The notes under the pieces: generated by a model
The model's database searches: none
Seen by the model: the letters and a program-made list of their open reading frames with translations, nothing else
What the model was told of the DNA's origin: nothing
Part shown: in pieces, positions 29,850 to 42,796 of the stretch
Position numbering within the stretch: the stretch's first letter is position 1
Layout: every line of letters begins with the position of its first letter
NCBI RefSeq assembly: GCF_009914755.1
Contig: NC_060930.1
Direction: 5' to 3' (one strand)
DNA length: 64,000 bases
From: the human T2T-CHM13v2.0 reference genome, Homo sapiens
Made by a program: the position numbers and the translations under genes

Positions 29850-30174
29850 CAACAAAATAAAGAAAGAAAATGAGTAAGACCTACTATTTGATAGGACAAT
29901 AGGGTGACTATAGTCAATAATGATTTAATTGTACATTTTAAGATAACTAAAAGAGTAAAATTGGGTTGTTTGTAACACAAGGGATAAATGCTTGAGGGGA
30001 TGGATACCCCATTTTGCATGATGTGATTATTCCACATTGCATGCCTGTATCAAAATATCTTATGTACCCCATAAATATATATATATCAATTATGAATCCA
30101 CAAAAATAAAAATAAAAAAGTCTGAAATTTTTTACTCCTAAAGCACCCTATTTCTTATTTACTTCTAACATAAC

Positions 30175-30589
30175 CTACAAGTCACTAAAGCAGTTAGGTT
30201 AGAAAGAAAATGTCTGCAGTGTCTCATAGAGCAAAGACCCCTCCAAAGACTCCAGACTCTGGGTGAAGATTAAGAGCAGGCCAGCAATATTACACTGTAA
30301 TAAATGACAACTGTCAATAAGAAGTAAAAGTAAAAGGGTAGTAATGGCATCTTAAAAAGGCAACTACATTTTGCTTTCTTGCTTTCTTTATATGTTATAT
30401 CCTGCCTTTTAACTTTTCCTATCGACCCTGGGTTTATCCGTATGCCAACCTCACATATTAAAAGCACTCTAATGTCTCCACAAAGAAGTACTTGTGTGCA
30501 TTTATTTATCTATGTATATTAAACGAAACTGGTTTTCTTTGACTTCTTAATCCTTCTCGTTAGGTCCTTAATTCTCAATAAAGAATATC
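30175..30589 (-). pseudogene. Candidate decayed exon pair (30589-30368 and 30294-30175) of the RGS-like pseudogene
   Basis: Acceptors TTTTGTTTTAAAG|30589 and TCATTTATTACAG|30294; donor TAG|GTTATG; frames FRLIYIDK*MHTSTSLWRH / LECF and LLYETLQTFSF*PNCFSDL*. Confidence 0.4.
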
Positions 30590-30840
30590 CTTTAAAACAA
30601 AATTGGTCTACACAAACATACAGGCAGTGCCACCTAATGGCAGCTACCATTCATTTTAAGGCATTCAAACCGGAGAGACTGCTGTAGTATTTAGATGTCT
30701 TTGTGAACAAATATCACACAATCAAATATCACAGTGGGGTGTTGAAGCTCAAAATCTGAAACCATCCATCACCCTTATGCTTTCTTCAGAAGTATGTTAT
30801 CACAAGAAAAACTTTCTTGAAACTCTTCCGTGAAACTTCC

Positions 30841-30932
30841 CTTCAGCCCTGTTGATAGGATCCTTAATCTTTTTTGTCATTCTCCTGTCAATGGCTTTCA
30901 TCTTGGCGCCATCCCCTTTTATAGCATATTAT
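30841..30932 (-). pseudogene. Candidate decayed exon of the RGS-like pseudogene (3' boundary uncertain)
   Basis: Acceptor ATAATTTTGACAG|30932; frame *YAIKGDGAKMKAIDRRMTKKIKDPINRAE; possible dead donor AAG|GGAAGT. Confidence 0.45.
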
Positions 30933-31558
30933 CTGTCAAAATTATTTAAAATATAACAAGTTCTATTTTAAAAAAATACAAAAAAGGATGTAATTTTACA
31001 CACTAGTGTCATCTACTGATGTTACTACTCCTTGGTCTTTAGCAAATGAAGCTCATGTGAATTCTTTCTCATAGATTAAAAACAAAAAAGCAAAAAGCCA
31101 TTTATTTTGTCTCTCCTATCATGTTTCCAGCCATCAAATATCTATTAGCCTAGCAGGACTATGGCAGCAGCCTAGGGTGGCACTGGATCATAGATGCTTC
31201 TAAACACACTAAAACACAACATTTTGTAAAGGGGTAAAATAGCCCCAAAGGGAACACCATTTGGCACCCTCTCCACACAATCTTGTGTGTAATTTTTTCT
31301 CCTGAAATTATTGAAACACAATGATGGATTTACTGTCTCTTTCTCTTCCACTTTCCCCATTTAAGCAAGGTTATTTGGCCCTGTACTCACCAATTCAGCA
31401 AAAACAATTAATTACCTAAATGCAAGATTAGATTGCATTCTATGATATTGTCTCCAGCTGCCATAAAAGAAAATTACAAATCCAACTTACTGGCTATCAT
31501 TTTTCCAGATTGTGCTGATAAAAAGCAGGCTTTGTTATTCACTAAATGTTCTTATGAG

Positions 31559-32854
31559 CAGGGCCTGCTGTGTTATTCATGAGGCCTAGCATAAAATGAA
31601 AGCACAGGACCTCTTGTTTAAAATGCTGGGAAAAAAACAGTGCTGTTGAAGTCCTAAAATATAAAGCTGTTTCCTTTCTTCCATGATCTCTCTCTTGACT
31701 TCTTGTGGTGTCTTTTATTTGTTACTTGTGACAATCTAAGTTTTAAAAACTCTGTTTTTTTATTTTTTTAATTAAAAAAATAGATTCAGGGGCCCATGTG
31801 CAGGTTTATTACATGGGTATATTTTGTAGTAGTGGGGTTTGGACTTCTAGTGTACCCATCACCTGAATAGTGAACATTGTAGCAATAGGTACTGTTTCAC
31901 TCCTCACTCCGTTCCCACTTTCCTCCCTCTTGGAGTCCCCAGTGTCCATTATTTCCCTCTGTAGCTCCATGTGTACCCATTGTTTATCTCCCACTTATAA
32001 GGGAGAACATGCAGTCTTGGGTTTTCTGTTTCTGAGTTATTCCACTTAGGATAATAGCCTCCAGCTCCATCCATGTTACTGCAAAATACATGTTTCATTC
32101 TTTTGTGTGGCCATAGCAATTTTAAAATATAAGGACATTTAACTAGTATACAGGATAGTCAAAATTACACAATTTCTCAGACATACATATGTATTTCATT
32201 CTTAGCAGAGGAATGTAAATGATGCTCAAAACTAACTCAATTGTTTTATTTCATCTTTTAGTGCCAGCACATTCTACCAACACTCTCTACCTTTGGCTTA
32301 CTGATGAGTAGGAAAGGACTGAAAGGAAAAGGAACTGTGGGTTACCCAATATTTCCTTTTGTATGTTATTTCCAGCAGAAGTAGTTGACAAATAGTGGGA
32401 AGCAACATGAGTAAAAAAGGAAATGATAGGTTTCCGTGGTCATTTGTGTTTCTTAGGATGCCACTGCCTTCTTTCTGCATTCAAAGCAAGCTCTGGTTCA
32501 AACAAAGTGTGGTCTCTTGTGACTATGAGCACCCCCACTTAGCCATAGATATAACACTTCTTCTATACTGGCTTGAATCTCATAGAACCACCATGCATTA
32601 TGCATTCACTGGAATTTTGTGCTCAGGGAGCATTGCAAACACTCTATGTGAATGGGGCTGCAAAGAGAGGTGGACATACATACTAAATGTACCACCTCTG
32701 CTTATGCACATGTTGCATTGCCCACTGGACCTCACTTACACAAATTTAAAGATAAAATTATTAATAATTTCAAGACAATGACAGCAGAGCATTAGTCAAG
32801 CATGGAGCCCTTCTGAGTCCCTGTGTGACTGCACAGGTTGTGAACCTAGCCCTG
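31559..32854 (-). mobile_element. MER45B-type hAT DNA transposon, interrupted by an L1 fragment
   Basis: Ends CAGGGCC... / ...GCCCTG; MER45-like terminal sequence at 32760-32854. Confidence 0.7.
31756..32116 (-). mobile_element. L1PA16-like 3' fragment
   Basis: T-tail followed by antisense 3'UTR GTGCAGGTTTATTACATGGGTATATT. Confidence 0.8.
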
Positions 32855-32919
32855 TTTGTGAAATGTAGTAGGACAAAAAAAATCACTCTTCTTTAATCAG
32901 GGATAAAAACAAGACTTAC

Positions 32920-33155
32920 ATTTATTACTTCCCACATGCTGAATGGTAGGTTAAGTCCTTCACATACACTATCTCATTTAACCATCAAATAACAGTTTGG
33001 GGTAGGTATTATTACCTTCATTTACAGAGAAGGAAATAGGAGATTTTAGAAACTAAGTGATTTACCCAATATCTATTGACTAAAAGGTAGTGGAGTAGGG
33101 ATTTTAACCCGGGTTTGACTGACCCCAAAGCCCAGTTAATCTACTACTTCCATAA
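32920..33155 (-). mobile_element. MIR
   Basis: ATTATTACCTTCATTTACAGAGAAGGAAATAGG core. Confidence 0.7.
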
Positions 33156-33469
33156 AACCATTTAGTGCAGATTTTAAATTACAAAATATTTTTAAACTGC
33201 TAGTATTAGATATACACATATAATAAATACCTACATGCTAATAAGACCAAGTATGAATTAATGAAATAGCATGATTCACAGATTAATTTTTTAAAATCTC
33301 TTCTGGCCTTCTAATGTAATATGACAAGTGGAACACATATGTTTATCTCCTTTACCTCCTGAGGCTTCATTAAAATGATGATAGTGCTTTTTTAAGGTAT
33401 AAGCCATCAACTACAAATATCACAGGACAGAGGCTATTAGTAAATGAGCAATTTCAATAAATCAAATGA

Positions 33470-34850
33470 GCAATTCACTAAAAAATGCATTACAAATCTA
33501 TTTATAAAGTTTAAAAGCAGGCAAAACTAAATAATAATTGTTTAGTAATACATACATAGGTGGTAAAACTATTTTTAATAACAAAGGAATGATTATCACA
33601 ACCTTCAGTGTAGATGTTACCTCTGGAGGGGAGGGGCACATGATGAAGAGGGAGAACACAGGAACTTTTATGCTGTTTAACCAAGGCAAGAGGTGCATGG
33701 GTATTCATTTTGTTATACATTTATTGTACGCATATACATTATTATATATGTATATCACATTCTCTTGAATGTGACTTATTTTCCTCTAAAATAATTAAAT
33801 TTTTAAAAAATACTGCATTCATAAAATAACTATAACATGGTATGAAAGAGGAATTATTGAATTACAAGAATAAAAACTTTGGAAATTAAAATATGTTTGC
33901 CAAAATAAAAATTTAATAGAAAACTTAGAAAATAAATCCAAACAAATCTCCCAAATTACAATACAAGGAAACTTAAAAATGACATAAAAGACAAAAGATC
34001 CAAAGGGCTATTCGAAGAGGTTTTACATCCAAATACAAATTACAGAAAAAACGAAGAGGGAAAAGATTATCACAGAAATGCTAATAGATAATTTCCCTAA
34101 GATGGATCCAGTCTTCAGACTAAAAGAACTCATTCTGTATCCAGGACTTAAATGTGTCCTGGAAAAAAATGTTATATATCTAAGGATAAAGAGAAGACCC
34201 AAATAACTGCCAAGGAGAAAATACAGCTCACATGCAAAGGAATAAGAGTCAAAGACGTTAGCTTTCTCATCAGAACACAGAATGTGGAAAGTCAATGAAG
34301 AAAGGTCGTCAAAGTTCCCAGGAAAAAATTATTTTCAACACATATTTCTATAACTAACCTTATAACCACTGAAAAGAACATCATAAAAATGTTTTTTAAC
34401 ATGCAAGGACTCAGAAGTTTACTCAAATGCACCATTTCTTAGAAATAAAAATGTATCTCAAGAAAATAGGCAAGTATTCCATCAAAACAAAGGAAGAAAG
34501 CATAATGGCCTCAGAAACAGTGATACCCAAACTAAGAGAGGAATGAAGCAAAATTCCAGGATGACATCCACACTGCTGTTCTAGAGAGTGCTAGTAAAGA
34601 TTGGGGCCAGAGAACAGAATGTTTTGCATGGGAAGTTCACAGAGAAAATGAGAACAAACAATAAATTATGCTGGGAGTCTGGAAAAACTTGAGGATAAAC
34701 AAAGCATTTGGTGAAGTGTAAAAAGGAGAATATTTGAACTTGATACAAGGAACATTCTCCATTAAATGGCACAGGGATGGTTACTTTGTACCTCACACAA
34801 AAGGAAATATAATACGGGCATATTACTTGACTCTACAGTGAACAATATAC
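33470..34850 (+). mobile_element. Very old L1 fragments (3'UTR-like, then ORF1-like; L1ME/HAL1 class)
   Basis: A-rich, degenerate ORF1-like motifs (ATAATTTCCCTAAGATG, GCTTTCTCATCAGAACAC). Confidence 0.45.
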
Positions 34851-34851
34851 C

Positions 34852-35340
34852 TGTGTGGGTTCAGGACCTCTAAGAAGCAGTGGTCAAGGCAGACTTAGAA
34901 GTGTGGGAGATGTATTGGATGTGGATGCCTGTGAAAGACAAAGGGGACAGGAAGAGGAGTTGGTTGAAAAAACCTTCAGACCTCAATGTAGATTTGACAC
35001 CTGTGAAAAGAAAAGAAGGTAAAGGAGGAGTCTTGAGTAGGAAGAACCCAGACTGTGGTACTTCTCTTAAAGGAAAAACAACCAGTCCAAGAGGGAGCTA
35101 CAGAGCAAAAATTGTCCTGTGCTGGGTCCCATCTTGGGCAGCAGTGACCAGTACCTAGAACCCCAACAACGCTCAATCATTGGCTAGAGTTGCCCAGAGA
35201 GAGTCAGGGAGAGCATGTCCTCTGCTAGAACACTTTGATGGATCTTGAAGGTACTGAAGTTCAGGTTGCCAGTGATTACACTCTTTGCTGGAGAAGTTCT
35301 CTTAAAGTGATGCCTGAATGGTGTAGCACACTTCTTCTAA
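34852..35340 (-). mobile_element. Old ERVL-class LTR
   Basis: TGTGTGGGTTCAGGACCTCTAAGAAGCAG start resembles antisense ERVL LTR ends; family uncertain. Confidence 0.45.
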
Positions 35341-35599
35341 AATATGCAACATACAAACCAAGACCCAAAGGATACTACCTCATGGCTATACCCAATTACT
35401 GCATCAGTTGGAAACTTCTTCAGTGATATGTACTCCTTTACATCAAATCCTGATATGGTCTAGTCATTTACAAAAAATAATAATAATAATAAGGCAAGTT
35501 AACTTATGCAGCATGCCCAATGGTGGAGTAGGTAGAGCACAATCACAATAAAAGCTACTCAATTATCATATACCACTGGGCCATATAGTGAAAACTCCC

Positions 35600-36900
35600 A
35601 GATTTCTCACAACTGTCTCTACTAGCCAAGCTAGAAGACCTCAGTTTTGCTATCTGCTTGTCCATTTTCCTCAGAGGCCTCTGGTTTTCGGGGTGGGGAA
35701 GGGTGTCTTTCTTTTCCATTATCCTCCTTAGATACCTCTGAAGTGGGACTACACAGCTTTCACAACCTACTTCCCACTAATGTAGGTTTACAGATTTGCA
35801 AATTGCTTTCAAGGTCAGAAAATGTCAAGTTTTTGCAGGCCTGATGTATGGGTTGTTTGGCAATAATATTCCCTCAAAATCATACGAGGCTTCTAGTCTT
35901 TTAGATTCCAAGAGTTAAGTACAGCTGAAGATTCATCAGCACATCGTTTTTAGACTTTAAGACTGACATTTTACTTATCATCCTCTGTCCTATGGCTAGA
36001 ACACTCTCTGGAGTAACTGGCAGCTCCTGGAAGCCAACTGAGGCAGCAGGCTTGGGTGGCAAGGTAACATCCTTAATTTCATCTTTGCAGGTACACCAGT
36101 TCCCATAGTCTAACGAAGGTGCTTGAAAAGGTTTGTGGGTCTATTCTTATCTCCTGCTAAAGCCGACAGTTCTATAATTCCTTACATTTGGATTACAGAA
36201 ATAGTTGACCTTTTCAGTACTATAAGCCCCAAATTACTAGACTCCCAGTCATCTAATATTGCCTTAAACACAGAGTCCCTCAGCTGAGCTGTATTCCCTC
36301 TATTTCTACTTATGAACTTGCCTGACTTCTCCTCTCTCTTGTGGGGCCTTCTACAAAAGGAGCAGCCAACAGACATTGATTTTTTTTTCACCATTTCCCC
36401 TGAAGTTATTGGCTCACTTGGCCCATAATCTGCCTGTCCAGTTATCAGAGGCACATTGTCTACAGCTTTGCCACACCATTAATAAAAATGCCTCCCCCTT
36501 ACATTCTGCAATGTCTATATACTTGAAACCATCAAACAAATGCAGCTATTTAAGTTCCCATTATGTGCAGTACTCCATTTCATATACCAAATTGTATACT
36601 AGTTAAGATACAGGTTTAGCTGCATGAAAATAGAAACTCAAGCTAACATACATTTAGAGAGAAGACAGTTTCTCTCTCCCATGACAGCAGCAGGATGGAG
36701 GAAGTGGGGATAAGCAGTACAGCCCCTTCCCTTAAGGACATGTCTTTGGAAATATCATGTGCTATTTTCACTCACAAGCCCCTGGCTAAAACATAACCTC
36801 AGGGCCACTCTTAAGTGAAAGGAAGGCTGGGCAATGGATGGCCCTGTACCCTACCGAAAATGCCATGGTTCTTACCCTATAGGAAAAAAAAGAGATGGCA
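35600..36900 (-). mobile_element. Old MLT1-type internal sequence plus adjoining LTR
   Basis: TACCAAAT|TGTATACTAGTTAAGATA internal/LTR junction near 36592; degenerate gag-like stretch. Confidence 0.45.
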
Positions 36901-39079
36901 AATCAGAGATAGCCAGCCTCCTCTTCCTATTTTTCCTTATTTAGCAGAGAACATGTAGACTAATTATCCTAACAGAATTTCCCCTATAATTTGCTTAATC
37001 CAGATGATATTAATCTCTATTGCCTAGTACATAAAAAAATTATTTCCTCTATTCCCTGACTTCCAAGGCTCCTTAATTATACTTCTTTCAAAGCCAAGCT
37101 CAAATCTCATCTTCATCAAATCACAGGCTGCTCCTGCCTAGTTTCTCTGTTCTCTTAGCTGTCAGTGATGCAATTCAGCTTTTGATAGTTCTCTAATTTT
37201 TACTGTGCATGTTTTGTCTATAAAGACTATTTGTGCTCATTACAAGAAAATTTCAGAATTTATCATCTTTTTGTCCCATAATACATATTAAAGTGTTAAT
37301 TCCATAAGGAATGCTTAACAAATAATGATTAATAGATCATAATCCTAAATCTTTAACATGCAAGAATTATAACAACAATAACTTAAAAGTACATCAAATA
37401 ATCTATATTTTCTCTAATGCCATGGTTTGGTAAATATAGTATTTAGGGTTGAATTCTTCTTACAAATAAATTTCTAAGGTTCACAAAGACATTCTTTCTT
37501 TGGAAAAACATGTATTTGCTCTCTTAATATTAAAAAACTTTTTAAAATATTAGGAAATATAAATAGAAAAATAAAATGCTCTGCAATCCCTACAAGAATA
37601 GGTTACCACTAATAATACTTTGGAATACATTATTCAATGAAAGATATTATTTCAAATGTTGTAATGAGAATTATACACACAGGGTTTAAATTGTCAGAAA
37701 CCTAGTAGAGTATTATCTTAAACACCATTAATGATTTTTCTTATTTGTTATCTAACAGGACTTCTTCAAGCCTGCAACATTCTTCTCTATTAATCACTTT
37801 CCATCCAGGGATATATTTAAGCTGATTTTATGATTTCAGGATTTACCACAAACTCATGGCTTTCAGAGATATAGTGACATATCACACCATCTATAGTCAT
37901 AAAACAAAACATATGGCATTTTTATGTGTTTCATTTTTTTCTACTTTATAGGTTATAAGCATCAATATATAAATTTTCAAGAAAAAATGGATATATGCAC
38001 TATAAATTTATATTTATATGTTTCAATATATATATGATCTTCACAATTCTTAGCAAGAGCCATAAGATATATCCTCTCAACTTTCAAATAAAATTTCAAA
38101 AGATACATTTTCCCCTTAAAATGTTAATGATTAAATTATATCTATACCTTCTTGTCTACATCATAGAGTTATGATGGAAATAAATAAAGAAATAAATTTG
38201 AAAGAATTTTTTAGCTTTTAGAAGGAAGAGCAGTATATAAAGATGAAGTATTATTTTATTTACAAATTCAATATATATTTTGAAATAGAGCATTTTATTG
38301 TATATATACAGATATTTCCCAGAATCATTACTTTCCATCTCAATAAAAATTATATTATTGATTGCTATTCTTTTCTCTGTAATGGGTCCTCAGAGCTAAA
38401 ATATTTCATTGAAATTATCTATTTTCAGTATTGAAAATAGTGCATCCCGTTGAGAATAAATGGCCACCCACTTGTTTCAAAGGGGGAAATTACACAGATG
38501 TGGATTACTTATGAAAAACTTGAAAAGGAATCCACCCACAATAGGCAACGGAATTTCAAAAATAAACATCAGGTATGATATGAAACTACGAGAAGGAAGT
38601 AGTATCCTGATAATAGCTCCATTCCTTCAATTTTGAGTTATCGAAGTGTTATTGCTAACTTCCTATTTTTCATATTGCCATTTGGCAGTATTAGAAAACC
38701 AAAGAGAGAACTAATTTTTAGCAAAATGTAAGCAATTATTAAATCCAAGTGATCCAACGATCCAATACTTGGATGTTTGTTATAGCACTCTCTCTACTTT
38801 TCTGTCTTTTTCTAACTTGACATAATAAAAAGTTGTTTTATCCCAAAGTTTTAGTCACTCCCATTTCACCAATTAATGACTCTTTTTTGGCCAGAATTAG
38901 TACTAGCAAAGCAATTCACTTTATTACTCTCTTTACCTTTTACAAAATAAATTGTTAAAGTAGTGTCTGATTTTAACTAAATAAGCCAACCAGTACATGT
39001 TCACATAAGAAAAAGCCCTGTCTTCATCACCCCTTGCCTCTGTGCAATTTATGTAATCTATTTCAAGAATATATCATAC

Positions 39080-39234
39080 ATGTTCTATGTATCACACCAA
39101 GCAACCTCTAATACTCTCCAAAAATATCATTTATGTTTATTCCCCCCAAAGGATTTCCTGGGTACTTCTGCTTGTCGACTCATTGATGTTCATTGCAAGT
39201 ATATATCATTTTCATAGGCATTATTTATTTTTTC
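39080..39234 (-). pseudogene. Candidate decayed exon
   Basis: TGATGCAG|GAA...AACAT|GTATGA; phase 0 matches the upstream donor; EKINNAYENDIYLQ*TSMSRQAEVPRKSFGGNKHK*YFWRVLE. Confidence 0.3.
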
Positions 39235-39371
39235 CTGCATCATAATAAGACCTTTTCTTTTGATGGTCGTATTGAAGGAAATGAGCAGCAAAACAGAGAT
39301 TTTATCAAGTAAGTTCAATTTGCCACTCAAGGAGTACCCTACATATTAGATTGATCTTGAATCTAATTTTA

Positions 39372-39485
39372 AATGATAACTAATATTTATTGAGCACTCA
39401 CTATTTTCCTAGTTCTGGTCTTAGCACTTTCATCTCATCTTCTCATTTAATTCTCATAATAATAATAACTCTATATGTAGTATAG
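39372..39485 (-). mobile_element. MIR
   Basis: ATTTATTGAGCACTCACTAT...CTCATTTAATTCTCATAA. Confidence 0.7.
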
Positions 39486-39502
39486 ATGTAGAGAAAATTC
39501 AC

Positions 39503-40105
39503 CTGTCTCAAAGAACTAGTATTTGAGATATTACTGTCTTCATGCAAAGTTTAGAAATTTGCAACGATGTCACCCATAGTCACTGGGTCTGATGTGAAGT
39601 GACTTTTCTTGCACATTCAAAACCTCTTCATTTCTACTTCTTCTTTGAGTCCTGTGTTTCTGGGCTCCATGACTATACTCTTGTGAGCAAGTGCATTGAG
39701 CCCTACAGTGAAACTTCAGCTCCTTGCTATGAATTTGCTTAGTCCTGTGGAATCTATTTCACATTTCTTTAGGCTGGAAAATCATCCTCCACATATTTCT
39801 AAGCTGTTGCTTATCTTATCCATTGCATTATTCCAACAAGTTATCCTACTGACACATTCTATTCTGGGCTGCAGCCATCTACCTTCCATATGCATAGTAG
39901 GTGAGAACAGACTTCAGTATCTCCAAGGGTTTCTTTGTGGAGTTTTGTTGTTGTTAGTTCCTTGAATCCATTTCTGTTCTTTGATTCTACCATTTCTCCA
40001 AAGTTTATATGAGGAAGCAAGCCAACAACCTTGGTTGATTCATTATATTCATAAAAACCAGAAGCCTTGATATTGCTTATTTGCTTTGTATTAGAAGTTA
40101 CACTT
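39503..40105 (-). pseudogene. Large decayed coding-like exon truncated by an L1PB insertion
   Basis: ~200 codons readable with one frameshift (~39915) and four stops (3 TGA, 1 TAA); donor CAG|GTGAAT at 39503. Confidence 0.5.
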
Positions 40106-42795
40106 GGAGAGATGCAGGCAATCATGGAGGATGGGAGGCAGGACTAGATTGCAGCTCTGTTCAGAGCAGCCTGTGGAAGTTTGCATTGTAAATTTTAGCT
40201 CTAGACTGACTGCAAGAACAAACCATCAATCCCAAGAGGACCCATAGACCCTCTGAAGGAAGCAGACTGCTTCTGCAGGACCTAGGAAACACCCCAAATA
40301 CTGTGAGTGCCCCAACTGCGGAAGTGGGAAAGGGAGACCCTCGTCTCCTGAACACACACCCACACTGGAGAAGCTGCAGATCTGTTTGTGGGAGAAGTTT
40401 CTGACTTTACCTGGAGCTGAGTCAATTTAGAGAGCCGAGCAAAATACATGGGTAGAGGAAACAGCAGAAAGGTCCTGGGAGCTCACTGCATCCCCTAGCA
40501 GGCCATTCCTGCCTAGCACAACAGGAATCCATCCGGAGGGTGACCAGAGGAGCAGGGGGGTAAAACTCCACAGGGAGAAGGAAGTCTCTAGCTGAACTTT
40601 GTAACAATTTGAACAGGGTAAGAAGCCCCCTGGCCACAAATCAAGGGAAGGTGCAAATCCAGCGTGCAGACTCCACAGGCAGTGGAAAAACCAACCCCTT
40701 TTCTTTAGCAGCTGGAAGGTGGGTAGCCTGGAGCAAGTTTTCAAGCCCTTCTTGCCCGCCACCTGGAAACAGACTCAGGGCTGTTGGGGAGAGCATGGTG
40801 GGAGTGAGACCGGCCCTTCAGTTTGCATGGAAGCTGGGTTTTCCCCAACTTCCCCAACACCCTGCATGACTCATCAGAGGCAGCCACAATCTCCCTAGGT
40901 ACCCAACTCCAGTAACCTAGGAATCTCACCCCCATCCCCCACAGCAGCCACAGCAAGACCTGCCCAAGGAGAGTCTGAGCTCAGACACGCCTACCCCCAC
41001 CCGCACCTGATGGTCCTTCCCTATGCACCCTGGTAGTAGAACACAAAGGGAATATAATCTTGGGAGTTCTAGGGTCCCATCCACTTCCAGTCCCTCTCTA
41101 TACTACTACAGCTGATGCTTTCTGGAAAGTGCCACCTCCTGGCAGGAGGCCAACCAGCACAAAAGTAGACCATTAAACCATCAAAGCTAAGAACCCTCAC
41201 AGAGTCCATTGCACCCCCCAGCCACCTCCACTGAAACAGACACTGGTATCTATGGCTGAGAGACCTATAGACAGTTCAGATCACAGGACTCTGTGCAGAC
41301 AACCCCCAGTACCAGCCCAGAGCCAGGTAAACTCTCTGGGTGACTAGACCCAGAAGAGAGACAACAATCACTGCAATTTGGCTCACAGGAAACCACATCC
41401 ATAGGAAAAGGGGGAGAGTACTACATCAAGGGAACACCCCATGGGACAAAAGAATCTGAACAAGTCTTCAGCCCTAGACCTTCCCTCTGACAGAGCCTAT
41501 CCAAATGAGAAGGAACCAGAAAACCAACCTGGTAATATAACAAAACAAGGTTCTTCAACACCCCCCAAAAATCACACTAGTTCACCAGCAATTGATCCAA
41601 ACCAAGAAGAAATTCCTGATTTACCTGAAAAGGTATTCAGGAGGTTAGTTATTAAGCTAATGAGGGAGGGGCCAGAGAAAGGCAAACCCCAATGCAAAGA
41701 AATTCAAAAAATGATACAAGAAGTCAAGGGAGAAATATTCAAGGAAATAGATAGCATAAAGAAAAAATAATCAAAAATTCAGGAAACTCTGGACACACTT
41801 TTGGAAATGCAAAATGCTCTGGAAAGTCTCAGCAATAGAATTGAACAAGTACAAGAAAGAAATTCAGAGCTCGAAGACAAGGTCTTCAAATTAACCCAAT
41901 CCAAGGAAGACTAAGAAAAAAGAATAAAAAAAATATGAACAAAGTCTCCAAGAAGTCTGGGATTATGTTAAATCACAAAACTTAAGAATAATCCATGTTC
42001 CTGAGGACGAAGAGAATTCTAAAAGCTTGGAAAGCATATTTGGGGAAATAATTGAGGAAAACTTCCCCAGCCTTGCTAGAGACCTAGGCATCCAAATACA
42101 AGAAGCACAAAGAACACCTGGGAAATTCACTGCAAAAGATCTTCACCTAGGCACATTGTCATCAGGTTATCCAAAGTTAAGATGAAGGAAAGAATCTTAT
42201 GAGCTGTGAGACAGAAGCACCAGGTAATCTATATATTTTTTTTTTTTAAAAGTATCAGATTTCTCAGGAGAAACCCTTTAAGCTAGAAGGGTTTGAGGCC
42301 CTATCTTCACTGGCAGCACTAGACAGGTCATCAAGGCAGAAAGTCAACAAATAAACAATGGATTTAAATTATACCTTGGAACAAATGGACTTAATAGATT
42401 TACACAGAGCATTTCATCCAACAACTGCAGAATACACACTCTATTCAACAGGACATGGAACTTTCTGCAAGATAGACCATATAATAGGCCATAAAACACG
42501 CTTCAACAAATTTAAGAAAATTGAAATTATATCAAGCACTCTCTCAGGCCATGGTGGAATAAAAATGGAAATCAACTCCAAAAGGAATCTTCAGAACCAT
42601 GCAAGTATATAAAAATTAAGTAACCTGCTCCTGAATGAACATAGGGTCAAAAATGAAATCAAAATGAAAATTTAAAAATTTTCAAACTGAATGACAATAA
42701 TGACACAATGTTATCAAAACCTCTGGGATACAGCAAAGGCAGTGCTAAGAGGAAAGTTCACAGCCCTAAGAGCCTACATCAAAAAGACTGAAAGA
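40106..42795 (+). mobile_element. L1PB-type LINE-1 5' part (5'UTR, ORF1, part of ORF2) with an internal deletion near 42308
   Basis: GGGAGGCAGGACTAGATTGCAGCTC 5' end; ORF1p-like 41441-41770; endonuclease fragment 42358-42612. Confidence 0.85.
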
Positions 42796-42796
42796 C

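Noticed and set aside
38428-38572. Plus-strand exon candidate (TTTTCAG|...CAG|GTATGA)
   Set aside because: Isolated, with no open frame across it and no partner exons; such sites arise by chance in AT-rich DNA.
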